Below are positions 39,084 through 49,998 of a stretch of DNA of 64,000 nt, piece after piece; the first letter of the stretch is position 1, and every line of letters starts with the position of its first letter. Both the position numbers and the translations under genes were made by a program. Source of the DNA: Desulfatiglandales bacterium (GTDB lineage Bacteria > Desulfobacterota > DSM-4660 > Desulfatiglandales > HGW-15); the NCBI GenBank assembly GCA_963667015.2, contig CAXXJJ010000001.1, positions 1,952,001-2,016,000 of the forward strand, written 5' to 3'. The notes under the pieces are model-generated. The model was not told the DNA's origin. It saw nothing but the letters and a program-made list of their open reading frames with translations, and made no database searches.

Positions 39084-40595
39084 ATGAAGATAGCGTTTGA
39101 TAACGAAAAATACATTCAGGAACAGTCAGCGGAGATTATTGAAAGGGCGAAGAGATTCAATGATAAACTCTATCTGGAGTTTGGGGGAAAGCTCCTTTAT
39201 GATTACCATGCAGCCAGGGTTCTTCCCGGATATGATCCCAATATAAAGATGAGGCTCCTTCAGGAATTAAAGGGCCAGGCAGATCTGATTTTATGTATAT
39301 ATGCAGGAGATATTGAAAGAAAAAAGATGAGGGCCGATTTCGGAATCACCTATGATTCCGAAGCCCTCAAGCTGATAGATGATCTGCGTAACTGGGGCAT
39401 AAATGTCCTGAGTGTTGTTATAACACGATATAACGGGCAGCCGGCTGCAAAGCTCTTTAAAAACAAGCTGGAGAGGAGAGGGATAAATGTCCTGACCCAC
39501 CAGTTTACCAAGGGTTACCCGACAGATGTTGACCTGATTGTAAGTGATGAAGGGTATGGCGCCAATCCCTTTATAGAGTCTGACAAGCCGCTGGTAATTG
39601 TAACCGGGCCGGGACCGGGAAGCGGAAAACTGGCTACATGCCTTTCTCAGGTCTACCATGAACACAAGAGAGGAGTAAATGCCGGGTATGCAAAATTTGA
39701 GACATTTCCGATATGGAGCATTCCTCTCAAGCATCCTGTAAACATAGCCTATGAGGCGGCCACGGCTGATATTAAGGATTTTAATTTGATCGATCCCTTT
39801 CATCTGGAGGCATACAATATAAAGGCCATTAATTACAACCGTGATGTTGAGGTTTTTCCTGTTCTTAAGAGGATACTGAAAAAGATACGCGGCGGAGAGA
39901 CTCCCTACCAGTCACCGACGGATATGGGTGTTAACCGGGTGGGATTCGCAATACTGGATGATGAGGAGACAAGGGAGGCGTCAAAGCAGGAGATTATAAG
40001 AAGGTTTTTTCGCTATCAGTGTGAGTATGTAATGGGACTCGCCAGTAAAGATACTGTTCAAAGGGTTGAACTCCTTATGGAGGATTTCAATATAGATTCA
40101 GATTACAGAAAAGTCGTTCAGCCTGCCCATGATGCGGCCCTTGAAGCAACAAAGAGAAATAAGGGAAGTGAAGGAATATTCTGCGGGGCGGCAATAGAGC
40201 TAAAGGACGGAACTATTGTAACAGGAAGCAATTCATCCTATCTCCATGCGGCATCCAGCCTTATACTGCATGCCATAAAATACCTGGCGGAAATACCGGA
40301 AAAGATCAAACTGCTGCCTGCAAATATAACTGAATCAGTCGGAAGACTTAAGACCCGGATATTGAATGAAAAAAATCTAAACATGGATCTGCTGGAGACC
40401 CTGATCGCGCTCAGTATAAGCGCTACAACAAATCCTGCCGCACAGCTGGCAATGGAAAAGCTGCCCGAGCTGAAGGGATGCGAGGTCCATATGACCCATA
40501 TTCCAACGCCAGGTGATGAGGCTGGGTTGAGGCGTCTCGGGGTCAATCTTACCAGCGAACCCAATTTTTCAACAAAGGATCTTTTTGTAAGTTAA
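39084..40595 (+). CDS. DUF1846 (UPF0371) family protein
   Basis: KLYLEFGGKLLYDYHAARVLPG, GPGSGKLATCLSQ, AGYAKFETFPIW, SPTDMGVN. Confidence 0.88.
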   Translation: MKIAFDNEKYIQEQSAEIIERAKRFNDKLYLEFGGKLLYDYHAARVLPGYDPNIKMRLLQELKGQADLILCIYAGDIERKKMRADFGITYDSEALKLIDDLRNWGINVLSVVITRYNGQPAAKLFKNKLERRGINVLTHQFTKGYPTDVDLIVSDEGYGANPFIESDKPLVIVTGPGPGSGKLATCLSQVYHEHKRGVNAGYAKFETFPIWSIPLKHPVNIAYEAATADIKDFNLIDPFHLEAYNIKAINYNRDVEVFPVLKRILKKIRGGETPYQSPTDMGVNRVGFAILDDEETREASKQEIIRRFFRYQCEYVMGLASKDTVQRVELLMEDFNIDSDYRKVVQPAHDAALEATKRNKGSEGIFCGAAIELKDGTIVTGSNSSYLHAASSLILHAIKYLAEIPEKIKLLPANITESVGRLKTRILNEKNLNMDLLETLIALSISATTNPAAQLAMEKLPELKGCEVHMTHIPTPGDEAGLRRLGVNLTSEPNFSTKDLFVS

Positions 40596-40625
40596 ACAGG
40601 GTATTCAATAACAGGACTTTATCGG

Positions 40626-40669
40626 AATAAGACAGGCAGTTGATTTTTTTCTTAACTGCCTGTCTTATT
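40626..40669. terminator. Bidirectional terminator
   Basis: AATAAGACAGGCAGTT...AACTGCCTGTCTTATT between convergent genes. Confidence 0.75.
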
Positions 40670-40677
40670 TATTTAAA

Positions 40678-41373
40678 CTATTTCTTCTTGGGCGGCGGAC
40701 CAAATACCTTAAGGTTTGCAGGGCCTCCCCAGTCAAAGGTTCTTAAATCAAAGTCAGGAACGCGCGGTTCGCGGTCCAGGTTCGGCCCAAGGTACAGTGC
40801 ATGGAAGAGAATGGGCTTATTGATTTTTCTGAAATTAAGCGGGGCATGCTGTACGCCCTTTGGAATAAATACCACGGTTGTGGAGGTGATGGTGTGTTTT
40901 TCCATTTCCTCTCCCATCCAGAGATCCACCTCCGCATCAAAACTGCTGCAAAGGTCCGGAAGATCCGCACCCAGGAAGATAAGAAACTCATCATATTTAT
41001 GTATGTGTGGAGTTTCCCAGCAGACCGGATCGGTGAATACCTGCCATCCTATGGTTGCGGTTGCCCCGGGTAGTGCCGAAGCGCCTCTAAAATAGGTCTG
41101 CGGACTGGCTATTTCCGGAAATATGGGGAGGCTGTTAAGCCCGACAAAATCGTTTGCCTTTGGCGGCTCACCATTGTCCCTTAAAAAAAATTTCCCGTAT
41201 TTTGTTCCATCCGGTGATACTGCTCCGGCTGCAGCGGCCATCACTTCGCCTTCACCTGGGCCAAGGGTCCTGTTGAGCCAGCCCGCCAGAGCCAGGCCAC
41301 CTGCGCCTGCAAGCAGTTTCTTGAAAAATCCTCTGCGCGATGTATCCTTTTTAACTGTGCTGTCAATACTCAT
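40678..41373 (-). CDS. Tat-exported cupin-like protein
   Basis: SRRGFFKK twin-arginine motif; PHIHKYDEFL and VFIPKGVQHAP cupin motifs. Confidence 0.75.
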   Translation of the reverse strand: MSIDSTVKKDTSRRGFFKKLLAGAGGLALAGWLNRTLGPGEGEVMAAAAGAVSPDGTKYGKFFLRDNGEPPKANDFVGLNSLPIFPEIASPQTYFRGASALPGATATIGWQVFTDPVCWETPHIHKYDEFLIFLGADLPDLCSSFDAEVDLWMGEEMEKHTITSTTVVFIPKGVQHAPLNFRKINKPILFHALYLGPNLDREPRVPDFDLRTFDWGGPANLKVFGPPPKKK

Positions 41374-41531
41374 GTTAGTCTCTCCTTTCCTGTTAAGACT
41401 TTTTTAAAAATAAATTGATTAATATCATCAGCCTTTATTAATAACCTTACATTTATCCCTGAGTAAAATTTTAACAGTCTGTCATTGTAGAGTTTATTAC
41501 TCATGCTTCATATCCTCTGTCTGTTTTTATT

Positions 41532-42026
41532 TCACCGGTTTTGATCCAGACTGAAGAATTCTATTGAACAGGGGTATTTCCAGATTTCGCCGCTGTTCGC
41601 CTTTATTCCGCCGATAATAGGAAATATAATGCCGATCAGTCCCAGTGCTATTAAAAGGGGTATTCCGATAAACACAAAACATAAAAGTCCGAATATAAGA
41701 GCAAACAGGGCGGCAGTGATAATCCAGTTTACAACAATACGGCCGTGCAGATCTAGAATATGGGATTCTTCCTTTTTTATCTGCCATATAACGATCGGTG
41801 CGATAAGACCTGCAAAGGGAACAAGATATCCGCAGAATTGAGACAGGTGAATAATCATCCCCCACATATTCTCATTCGAAGAAGCCCTGCCTGCTGTCTG
41901 ATCGAAGTTGAATTCATTGGATTTACTGTCCAGGATTCTTGCCTTGGCATCTTCGTACTCATCTTCGGAGATAGCACCTCTCTGTTTGAGGTTATTCAAT
42001 TTTTCAAGCTCTTCTACTAAACCCAT
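41532..42026 (-). CDS. SHOCT + DUF4870 membrane protein
   Basis: ELEKLNNLKQRGAISEDEYEDAKARIL; WGMIIHLSQF...GIKANSGEIWKYP. Confidence 0.85.
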   Translation of the reverse strand: MGLVEELEKLNNLKQRGAISEDEYEDAKARILDSKSNEFNFDQTAGRASSNENMWGMIIHLSQFCGYLVPFAGLIAPIVIWQIKKEESHILDLHGRIVVNWIITAALFALIFGLLCFVFIGIPLLIALGLIGIIFPIIGGIKANSGEIWKYPCSIEFFSLDQNR

Positions 42027-42101
42027 ATAAATCCTCCCTGTTACTGGTCTGCAAATATATATTCTGAGATCTTAAATAGTTTTAAAAGGAAAAGAAATAC
42101 A

Positions 42102-42668
42102 CTAGAGCCCAAGATCATCCGCAATACCCTGCATTGCATTGAGGCAAAGGCCTGCGAATTCGGTTATATCCATGCCCAGTTTTTCACACTCCATTACTAT
42201 ATCCCTGTTTACACCTGCGGCAAAACTCTTTTCCTTCATGCGTTTTGTTATGGATTTTGTCTTGACGCCTGCCAGTTTTTTATCCGGATAGACCAGTGCA
42301 GTGGCTATAATAAGGCCTGTAATGTTCTCGCCTGCAGCAAGTGCGTGATGAAACAGTTCGGAACGCTTTTCATTATGGGCTGCCTCATTATGCAGCCGGA
42401 TTGCCTGGATAATATCCTCTTCAACACCCTTCTCACGAAGAATCCTGGCTGTCTCATGCGTGTGCACTGACAGGTCCGCATCTACCATCTCGGTGTCCAG
42501 GTCATGCAGAAGACCTGTGAGTCCCCACTTTTCGCGGTCTTCGCCCAGCCGGTCTGCAAGGGCCTTCATAACCGCCTCTGATGCAAGAGAGTGTTTAATA
42601 AGGTTAGGATTCTTGATATGCTCATTCAACAGGTCAACTGCTTCTTCTCGTGTAATGCCGTATGCCAT
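42102..42668 (-). CDS. HDIG-domain metal-dependent phosphohydrolase
   Basis: KHSLASEAVM, GLLHDLD, KRMKEKSFAAGVNR. Confidence 0.88.
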   Translation of the reverse strand: MAYGITREEAVDLLNEHIKNPNLIKHSLASEAVMKALADRLGEDREKWGLTGLLHDLDTEMVDADLSVHTHETARILREKGVEEDIIQAIRLHNEAAHNEKRSELFHHALAAGENITGLIIATALVYPDKKLAGVKTKSITKRMKEKSFAAGVNRDIVMECEKLGMDITEFAGLCLNAMQGIADDLGL

Positions 42669-42959
42669 GGAAAGTTCCTTTCTTCTGGAAACATGCGATA
42701 CTGTCGGCCATGCTGACATCTGTAAAGTCTTTAAAGGCAGGGCCGGACCGCCCTTTCGATCTGTTTAAAATTACATTTGAAAAGAGGTTTTTAAAGATTA
42801 TATATCACATTTTTTGATTTAAAAAACAAGGCATAGAAAAAACTTCCAGCATATTCAATCTCCTTTATCTGTGTTCTTCTTGACACATACGCCTGGACTT
42901 TCTTATATTTTTTATTTTAAAAGAAAATCGTATCAGTTTATCCGAATAAGGGGAGAAAT

Positions 42960-45059
42960 ATGGCTATTATAAGGATGTTAACAGCAGCAGTTTTAATACT
43001 GTTTATGGGGGTATCGTGTACCAGCAAGGTAGAAGAAAAAATAGAAGAAAAGAATGCGGATCTGTCCTGGCTGGAGGCTTCCAAGATAAAAATGCAGGAT
43101 AAACTTACAGCAAAGTTCGGTGAAGACCAGAAGGAAAGGATAATACAGGGCGTTCAGCAGGTGGCTGATTTCTGGAGAGCAGAGGATGGCGGTTCGGAAG
43201 TATTTGAGGCCTTTATTGAACGCTATTATGCGGGCAGCAAGGAAAAGCGTGATGAACTCTTTAATCGCTTTCAGCGGATCTCAGAAAAAATGAACGGGCA
43301 CATGAATGAAATTATACTTGCCCTTCGCTGGCAGATGGATCTGGATATAGGTGATATTGAGCCCTTTGATGAGATCTTTGCCGCCTATGACCCGTCCGCT
43401 CATATTACAGATGATATGTTTAAAAATAAGGCGGCATTTGCTGTGCTGCTTAATTTCCCCTTAACCACACTGGAGCAGCGACTGAATGAAGGCCGGAACT
43501 GGAGCCGCAGGCAGTGGGCCGAGGCACGTCTTGGCCAGATCTTTGATACCAGGATTCCTGCAGAGGTGAACCAGGCCATATCAGAGGCCGGAGCCGTTTC
43601 GGATCAGTACATAGCGGAATATAATATCTGGATGCATCACCTTTTGACTGATGAAGGTGAAAGAGTTTTTCCGGAGGGAATGCGTCTTCTGTCACACTGG
43701 AATCTCAGGGATGAAATCAAGGCCCGGTACAGCAATGGCGATAAAGGCCTGAAACAGCAGGAAATGATACAGAAGGTTATGGAACGCATTGTTACCCAGA
43801 CCATTCCCGAAATGGTGATAGATAATCCCTATGTTGACTGGAATCCCTATACAAACGAGGTTAAAAAATCTGATGTTAATGATTCGGGTAAAGCTGCTCC
43901 TCAAAATCTGGTTGTTTCCAACAGCCCTGAACCTGATACCCGTTTTAAGATACTGCTTGATAATTTTAAGGCGGTGAAACTTGAGGATCCTTACTCACCC
44001 ACTGCACCGACCCATATTCGAAGAAGTTTTGATCTTGGCCGTGAAATCCCTGAGGAGCGTGTGAAGGAAATGTTTGAAGCGGTTTTATCCTCGGAATCTG
44101 TCAAAAAGGTGGCTGCCCTTATCAGAAAAAGGCTCGGGCGTGATTTTAAACCCTTTGATATCTGGTACAACGGGTTTAAGGCACGGGGTAAATATACAGA
44201 AGAGGAACTGAATAAAATCACCGGGGAAAAATATCCAAATGCAGAGGCCTACGCAAGTGATATGCCGCGCATGCTGATGGACCTTGGCTTTTCACAGGAA
44301 AGAGCTCAATACCTGGCCGACAAGATCACAGTTGATCCGGCACGGGGATCGGGCCATGCATGGGGCGCCCAGATGCGCGGGGCAAAGGCTCATCTGCGCA
44401 CACGTATCGGTAAAGACGGGATGGATTACAAGGGATATAATGTTGCTGTCCATGAAATGGGGCACAATGTTGAACAGACCTTTTCGTTGTATGATGTGGA
44501 TTACTATTTTTTAAACGGTGTGCCAAATACCGCCTTTACAGAGGCAATAGCCTTTGTATTTCAGGGCAGGGACATGGAGCTTCTGGGGCTTGCCAGCGAG
44601 GATGAACAGGCTGCAGCGCTTAAAAAACTGGATCAGTTCTGGGGAATGTATGAGATTGCCGGTGTAGCGCTTGTTGACATGGCTGCATGGCACTGGATGT
44701 ATGATAATCCGAATGCAACACCAGCGCAGCTGAAAGAGGCTGTCCTGAATATTGCCAGGGATATCTGGAATAAATATTATGCACCTGTTTTTGGTCAGGA
44801 TGATGTTGAGCTTTTAGCCATATATTCGCACATGATAAATAATTTTCTTTATCTTCCTAACTATCCTATCGGTCATTTAATCGCTGTTCAGATAGAGGAG
44901 CAGTTAAATAAATCAGGGGATCTTGGCGGCGAAATAGAAAAAATGTGCAAGCTGGGCAATATTGCACCTGACCTGTGGATGGAACAGGCTACAGGTTCAC
45001 CCGTGGGTGCGGATGCACTTCTTAAGGTTACTGAAGAGGCATTAAAGGTAGTTCAATAG
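42960..45059 (+). CDS. Lipoprotein, putative gluzincin zinc metallopeptidase (M3/M32-like)
   Basis: Lipobox GVSC; HEMGH with downstream AFTEAIA; NYPIGHLI. Confidence 0.7.
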   Translation: MAIIRMLTAAVLILFMGVSCTSKVEEKIEEKNADLSWLEASKIKMQDKLTAKFGEDQKERIIQGVQQVADFWRAEDGGSEVFEAFIERYYAGSKEKRDELFNRFQRISEKMNGHMNEIILALRWQMDLDIGDIEPFDEIFAAYDPSAHITDDMFKNKAAFAVLLNFPLTTLEQRLNEGRNWSRRQWAEARLGQIFDTRIPAEVNQAISEAGAVSDQYIAEYNIWMHHLLTDEGERVFPEGMRLLSHWNLRDEIKARYSNGDKGLKQQEMIQKVMERIVTQTIPEMVIDNPYVDWNPYTNEVKKSDVNDSGKAAPQNLVVSNSPEPDTRFKILLDNFKAVKLEDPYSPTAPTHIRRSFDLGREIPEERVKEMFEAVLSSESVKKVAALIRKRLGRDFKPFDIWYNGFKARGKYTEEELNKITGEKYPNAEAYASDMPRMLMDLGFSQERAQYLADKITVDPARGSGHAWGAQMRGAKAHLRTRIGKDGMDYKGYNVAVHEMGHNVEQTFSLYDVDYYFLNGVPNTAFTEAIAFVFQGRDMELLGLASEDEQAAALKKLDQFWGMYEIAGVALVDMAAWHWMYDNPNATPAQLKEAVLNIARDIWNKYYAPVFGQDDVELLAIYSHMINNFLYLPNYPIGHLIAVQIEEQLNKSGDLGGEIEKMCKLGNIAPDLWMEQATGSPVGADALLKVTEEALKVVQ

Positions 45060-45069
45060 ATAATCTATG

Positions 45070-45108
45070 AATAAACTGCCCCTCCGCTCTTAGGCGGGTC
45101 AGTTTATT
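45070..45108 (+). terminator. Terminator hairpin after the peptidase gene
   Basis: AATAAACTG...CAGTTTATT inverted repeat. Confidence 0.55.
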
Positions 45109-45403
45109 CGATTTTCAATACCTCATTTGTTTCACAAGGATTCCGGTTTATCGGGGCGGCAGGGTATGAGATGCCAAAGGCATTCAGGCGTGGAGCAGGA
45201 GCGCCATTATGTTAGAATGTTATACCGAAAGATTGTTAAATATAAAAAATAAGACTTGCAGTAGTATAAATCCACGTGATCTATATCCCTGTTGTCATTA
45301 ATTGCAGTAACTAAAACATTGGCCGGTTTATATATATTCGAGATATTCAGGTTTTTTGGAGTGTGTGAATTTATCAGAAACTGGAAAGTTATGTTACCGG
45401 TTT

Positions 45404-45474
45404 GTAGGTTGGGTTAAGCGAAGCCTTTCAACTTTGCTCAAGATCATGAGCATGTCGAATGGCAACCCAACAAA
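45404..45474 (+). repeat. Composite nested REP element, copy 1
   Basis: GTAGGTTGGGTTAAGCGAAG[CCTTTCAAC...GCTCAAG...GTCGAATGG]CAACCCAACAAA; similar to 59710-59780. Confidence 0.7.
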
Positions 45475-45530
45475 ATTCCATCCTCATCCTCGACCAGAAG
45501 TAAGGTCTACCTCATCTGCGGATTGGTTTT

Positions 45531-47480
45531 TTATTCTTCTACTTCTTTTACCTCATTCCTGTCCTCCATTACTACAGGTATGTAAAGATTCACAGCAGTA
45601 CCGCGATTCACTTCAGAGTCTACCGAAATCCACCCTCCGTGGTTTTTGATAATTCCATAGACCGCTGCCATACCCAGTCCCCGGCCCTGAAACTTTGTAG
45701 TAAAAAAAGGCTCGAAAATACTGTTTTTACTCTTTTCATCCATTCCGATGCCGTCATCCGTTACTGTAAGCTTCACATAAAATCCCGGCATAAGGCCCGG
45801 CTTATCCCTGCACATTTCCTCATGGATGCTCAACTCACAGCAGGAGATTCGTATACGCCCACTGTCTTCTATTGCTTCCGATGCATTGGATAAAAGGGCT
45901 GACAGGACCATCTGTATTTGAGTTTCATCTGCTTCAACAGGAGAGATCTTTACTGGCAGGTCTGTCTCTATATAGATACCGGGATGCACAGTGTGTTCAA
46001 TTAGAGGCAGAGCTTCTCTCACAAATAGGCTGAGGTTTATGGGTTTAGGCCTGTATTTTCCACCTCTGGCATAGGCAAGCAGCTGACTGGTGAGCTTTAC
46101 TAACCGATAGGTTGTGCTTTTTATAGAAGCAAGCTGTTCTTTCATCTCACTGCTGGAAGGATTAAAATCCAATAATTCGAGATTTCCGATTATCGCTGTA
46201 ATAGCATTGTTGAACTGATGAGCTATTCCTCCTGCCAGGGTGGCTATAGCCTCCATCTTTTTTGACTGTATAAGCCTGTTCTCAAGTACCTGTTTTTCCT
46301 GTTCAGCAGCTTTTCTGTCTCTGATATCGCGTGTTACACCCAGAACTTCCACAGGTATACCCTCATTATTTCTGATGAAGGTTGCGGTTGTCTCAGCCCA
46401 TAAATAGTCCCCGTTTTTATGACGATGTTTAATTTCCAGTATTCTGGAGCGTTTCGGGTCAACTCCGGGATCTCCCTCTTTAGCCAGTTCCTCCTTCAAT
46501 ATACTTTTAATATTTTCCAGGCTCTCCCGGTCAGCAACCTCCTCCAGATACTCATTCATTGCCTCTTCCGGTGTTATGCCTCTCATTCTCTGGACTGATG
46601 GGCTCACATAGGTAAACCTGCGACTTCTCAAATCCATGGTCCAGATGATATCAGTAGCGTTCTCAGCCAGAAGTCTGTACTGCTTCTCGCTTTCACTGAG
46701 CGCTGCTTCTGCCTGTTGACGTTCCATCACTTCCATTTCAAGATCCTGCTTGGCCCTTATCAGTCTGTTGTGTTCCAGTTCCAGGTTTTCGGTTAAGATT
46801 TTTTCCTTTTTGTGTGTGAACACAAGTCCCTTTACTAAAGAAGCCACAGATATCGCAGCTATTATGTTAAGTACAATATAGTTCACATAGGCAGATATCA
46901 TTGTCTCCGGATTATTAAAGAATGGAAAATCATGCCCCAACCGCTCTGTCCAAAAAAGCCAGCCTAAAACTGCAAGTGAAACAGTATTGAGAAGTATGGC
47001 CTGTAATGCACGTTTTACTCCCAGCAGGACACCGACAAGAACTGCAAAGGCAAACAGCCATGCGGGTCCCCCGCTCAAAAATCCCACTGAAATAATTACC
47101 GAAACTCCAATAAGGTAAACCATGAGCAGGGTAATTAATGCCCTTGTTTCGTAGTTCATGCGATCTGAAAAAACCAGCAGTATACAGATCCCGTAAGCAA
47201 AAGCATCAATCAGTGCCAATCCCCAGATGCCATCTTTGATAATCAGCACGAACGCAGCGATTATAGCAAAAGTACACAAAAGCATGGCTGTAAAAAGTAT
47301 GGAAAACAGGATGCGGGAACGCCAGTAAATCAGACTGTTTTGCTCAATGGAATAGGGTGAGGCCATCCTCTTTACGGCCCTGTCCTGTAATTTTTTAAAA
47401 TGACCAATCAAAAGTTCTCTGCCTTTAATAAAAAATATCATTTTATCCCTGTTAAAGATCCTGTTACGCTTAAAAATCAA
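45531..47480 (-). CDS. Membrane PAS-domain sensor histidine kinase (start uncertain)
   Basis: About 6 TM, PAS/PAC, GGIAHQFNN, FEPFFTTK, GRGLGM. Confidence 0.88.
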   Translation of the reverse strand: MIFKRNRIFNRDKMIFFIKGRELLIGHFKKLQDRAVKRMASPYSIEQNSLIYWRSRILFSILFTAMLLCTFAIIAAFVLIIKDGIWGLALIDAFAYGICILLVFSDRMNYETRALITLLMVYLIGVSVIISVGFLSGGPAWLFAFAVLVGVLLGVKRALQAILLNTVSLAVLGWLFWTERLGHDFPFFNNPETMISAYVNYIVLNIIAAISVASLVKGLVFTHKKEKILTENLELEHNRLIRAKQDLEMEVMERQQAEAALSESEKQYRLLAENATDIIWTMDLRSRRFTYVSPSVQRMRGITPEEAMNEYLEEVADRESLENIKSILKEELAKEGDPGVDPKRSRILEIKHRHKNGDYLWAETTATFIRNNEGIPVEVLGVTRDIRDRKAAEQEKQVLENRLIQSKKMEAIATLAGGIAHQFNNAITAIIGNLELLDFNPSSSEMKEQLASIKSTTYRLVKLTSQLLAYARGGKYRPKPINLSLFVREALPLIEHTVHPGIYIETDLPVKISPVEADETQIQMVLSALLSNASEAIEDSGRIRISCCELSIHEEMCRDKPGLMPGFYVKLTVTDDGIGMDEKSKNSIFEPFFTTKFQGRGLGMAAVYGIIKNHGGWISVDSEVNRGTAVNLYIPVVMEDRNEVKEVEE

Positions 47481-47853
47481 TTGTTAAACATCAGGTACCC
47501 TTACCTAATGCTGGAATATTAAATCTTTATAAGATTCTGACGGATTAAAAATATCTTTTGCCTTTTCCCAGAAAATTCAGATATGAATATTAGTTTAATG
47601 GAAGAAGCGGGCGCAATAAGGGCAGGCTTTGTTTGATTTTATTTTGATAAGAATTTCCTTTTTTAGGAACAAAATATATAGAGTTGAGCATTGTATGTCA
47701 ATCTGAAATACCCCGCCATATTGTTGGGCTATTCAGCCTACAGAAAATGACAAATGAGTGAGAGAGATGATGAAGGCGGGCAGGGTAATGTGTGGATAAA
47801 GATACTGAAATTGAAGAAATACGGGCAGACCTGATATCTTTTTATATACTTTT

Positions 47854-49238
47854 CTATTCAAAATCTGCGATCAGCCATCGGCGATAACCCCGCCAGGTTA
47901 ACAGCAGACCAACACCTGCGAGGCAGACACCGAACAGCATGATAAACGGATGCCACGTGATAAGCTTCAACATTTTTGGATCGAAAGCCATTATGGGTAG
48001 CGTTGTTGGTAAAACTACAATATAAAGGATGAATATGGTTAAGCCAATGGAGCGGAAACTGAGAGCCCAGAACGCCAGTCCAAAGAACCATATTTGTATC
48101 ATCAGGGAATAAACGATTAAATAAGCAAGGAGTTCGGGGGGCGGTTTTATGGCCATAATAAACATACATAAAATAGATACGGCCATAAACACTCCCCATA
48201 TTATAAACTGGTTAATGATGGAGAAGATTCCAAACTGCTTCAGATAGTTTTCTCTGGTGATGGGCAACATGATATCACGGGAAAAGAAACGATTTTTTAC
48301 AATCATCAACGGGATAGCTAATGCTGCCGAAACGACTGTGGCTGCAAGGACCAGCACCACCATCGGCATGATCTTACCAGTAAAAAAACCATTGCCATGA
48401 AAATTAAATTAAAAAAGATAGCAATAATCAGGATAATCCAGATATTTATATTTAAATAATTCCATCGACATATCCTCGACCAGTAAGAATCGGCTGCATT
48501 CCCTGCATGATCGATCAGTTTTATTATAGATCTGTTGATGTACCAGTTTCCCAACCCCCGGGATTGGTGTTTCTCCATTTTTTGCCGCTGCATTTCCGAT
48601 ATATTGCTTCTTCCAATTTTAAAAGCTTGAATGTTGAGATGGTAATCAGGCATTTCTTCGTTAAGAATAATCAACCGGATAATACCGAATATAAAGAGCA
48701 ATATGCCGATGCACAGGAATATAAGCGCATGAATTGGTTTGTGACCGAGAACAATCTGTTCCATGCCGCTGCGCACTGGTTCTGTAAAGGAGGAAAACCA
48801 TACGGCCATGACAAGTATAAAAAATATACCTGTCGGACGCAGCAAGGACCAGATCATTGCGCCGAACATTACCGTTGTTATGGAAATGAAACCGAAAGAT
48901 TGCCAGCCGATAGACAGGGCCATCAGACCCGGTAATAGAACACCTAAAAAAAGTGCCATCGCTGACGCCACAATACCATGAACTTTTCTGAAACCGGGCA
49001 TCAGTGACGCCCGGGAGTTTGCAAACTGTTCCTTCATATGGATTGCCCAATAGGAATAAAAGAATATTAAGATAATTAACTGAAATGGTTTAAGTGCTTG
49101 ATATCCCTGGCTGCCTTTATCGATGAAAAAAAATAAAACAACATAGAACAGGAAACCCAAAACAAACAGGAATTGTTTTAGCGAATGAAATGGCCGGCGT
49201 ACATATGTGAGTGCAACCTGGCGATATGGATTAGGCAT
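47854..49238 (-). pseudogene. ABC transporter permease paralog 3, frameshifted at a T7 run (48382-48388)
   Basis: N-terminal MPNPY...KEQFANSRASL and C-terminal RGYRRWLIADF lie in different frames; one extra T restores a single frame. Confidence 0.75.
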
Positions 49239-49944
49239 GATGCATCTCCAGAAAACTGTCTTCAAGATTAACATTGGTTTGCTCCTTTAACTCCTCAAGT
49301 AATCCATGCCAGGAAATGACGCCGGATTTAAGTATTGCCACTGAATCCGCTACGCGTTCGAGGTCGGATGTGATATGGGTGGAAAACAGGACTGTTCTTT
49401 TATTCGGTTCGGACAGTTCGATGATCATTTGTAAAAACTGCCGTCGTGCAATGGGATCAAGACTTGCAGCCGGTTCATCCAGAATAAGAAGATCCGGCTC
49501 ATGTCCCATGGCGAGGAGAATAGCCACCTTCTGCATCTGCCCCACAGAAAGTAGCCCGGCGCGATCGTTAAGCGGAATATCCAGCTCCTTGACAAGCCGT
49601 GCAACCAGGTCATGGTTCCAATCAGGATAGAATGCAGCTGTGTAGTCTATCAGCTGATGGGTCTTCATCCGGGGATACAGGTTAATAACCTGCGGTACAT
49701 ATCCTATCCGGCTTTTGGCTTCTGCACTAAGCGTTATGGCAGGTTCTCCCAAGAGCCGGGCTTCACCTCTTTGCGGCCGGATAAGACCAAGGGCGCATTT
49801 AAGCAGAGTTGTCTTGCCCGAGCCGTTGGTCCCAAGCAGACCCATAACAGTACCTTTCTCAACCGACAGATCCAAGCCGGTCAATACTTCTTTTTTTCCA
49901 TAGGATTTTACGATTCCGGTAAGTTCAATGGTGGTTTCATTCAT
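49231..49944 (-). CDS. ABC transporter ATP-binding protein, copy 2
   Basis: GTNGSGKTT, LSVGQ, LILDEP, STH. Confidence 0.93.
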   Translation of the reverse strand: MNETTIELTGIVKSYGKKEVLTGLDLSVEKGTVMGLLGTNGSGKTTLLKCALGLIRPQRGEARLLGEPAITLSAEAKSRIGYVPQVINLYPRMKTHQLIDYTAAFYPDWNHDLVARLVKELDIPLNDRAGLLSVGQMQKVAILLAMGHEPDLLILDEPAASLDPIARRQFLQMIIELSEPNKRTVLFSTHITSDLERVADSVAILKSGVISWHGLLEELKEQTNVNLEDSFLEMHHA

Positions 49945-49998
49945 GATCTGATGTTCCTTTTGTTAGAATATATTCTGTCCTGTTTCTTCATCCTTCTG

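Noticed and set aside
45130..45230. sRNA in the intergenic region after the peptidase
   Set aside because: No clear promoter-terminator pair or known motif
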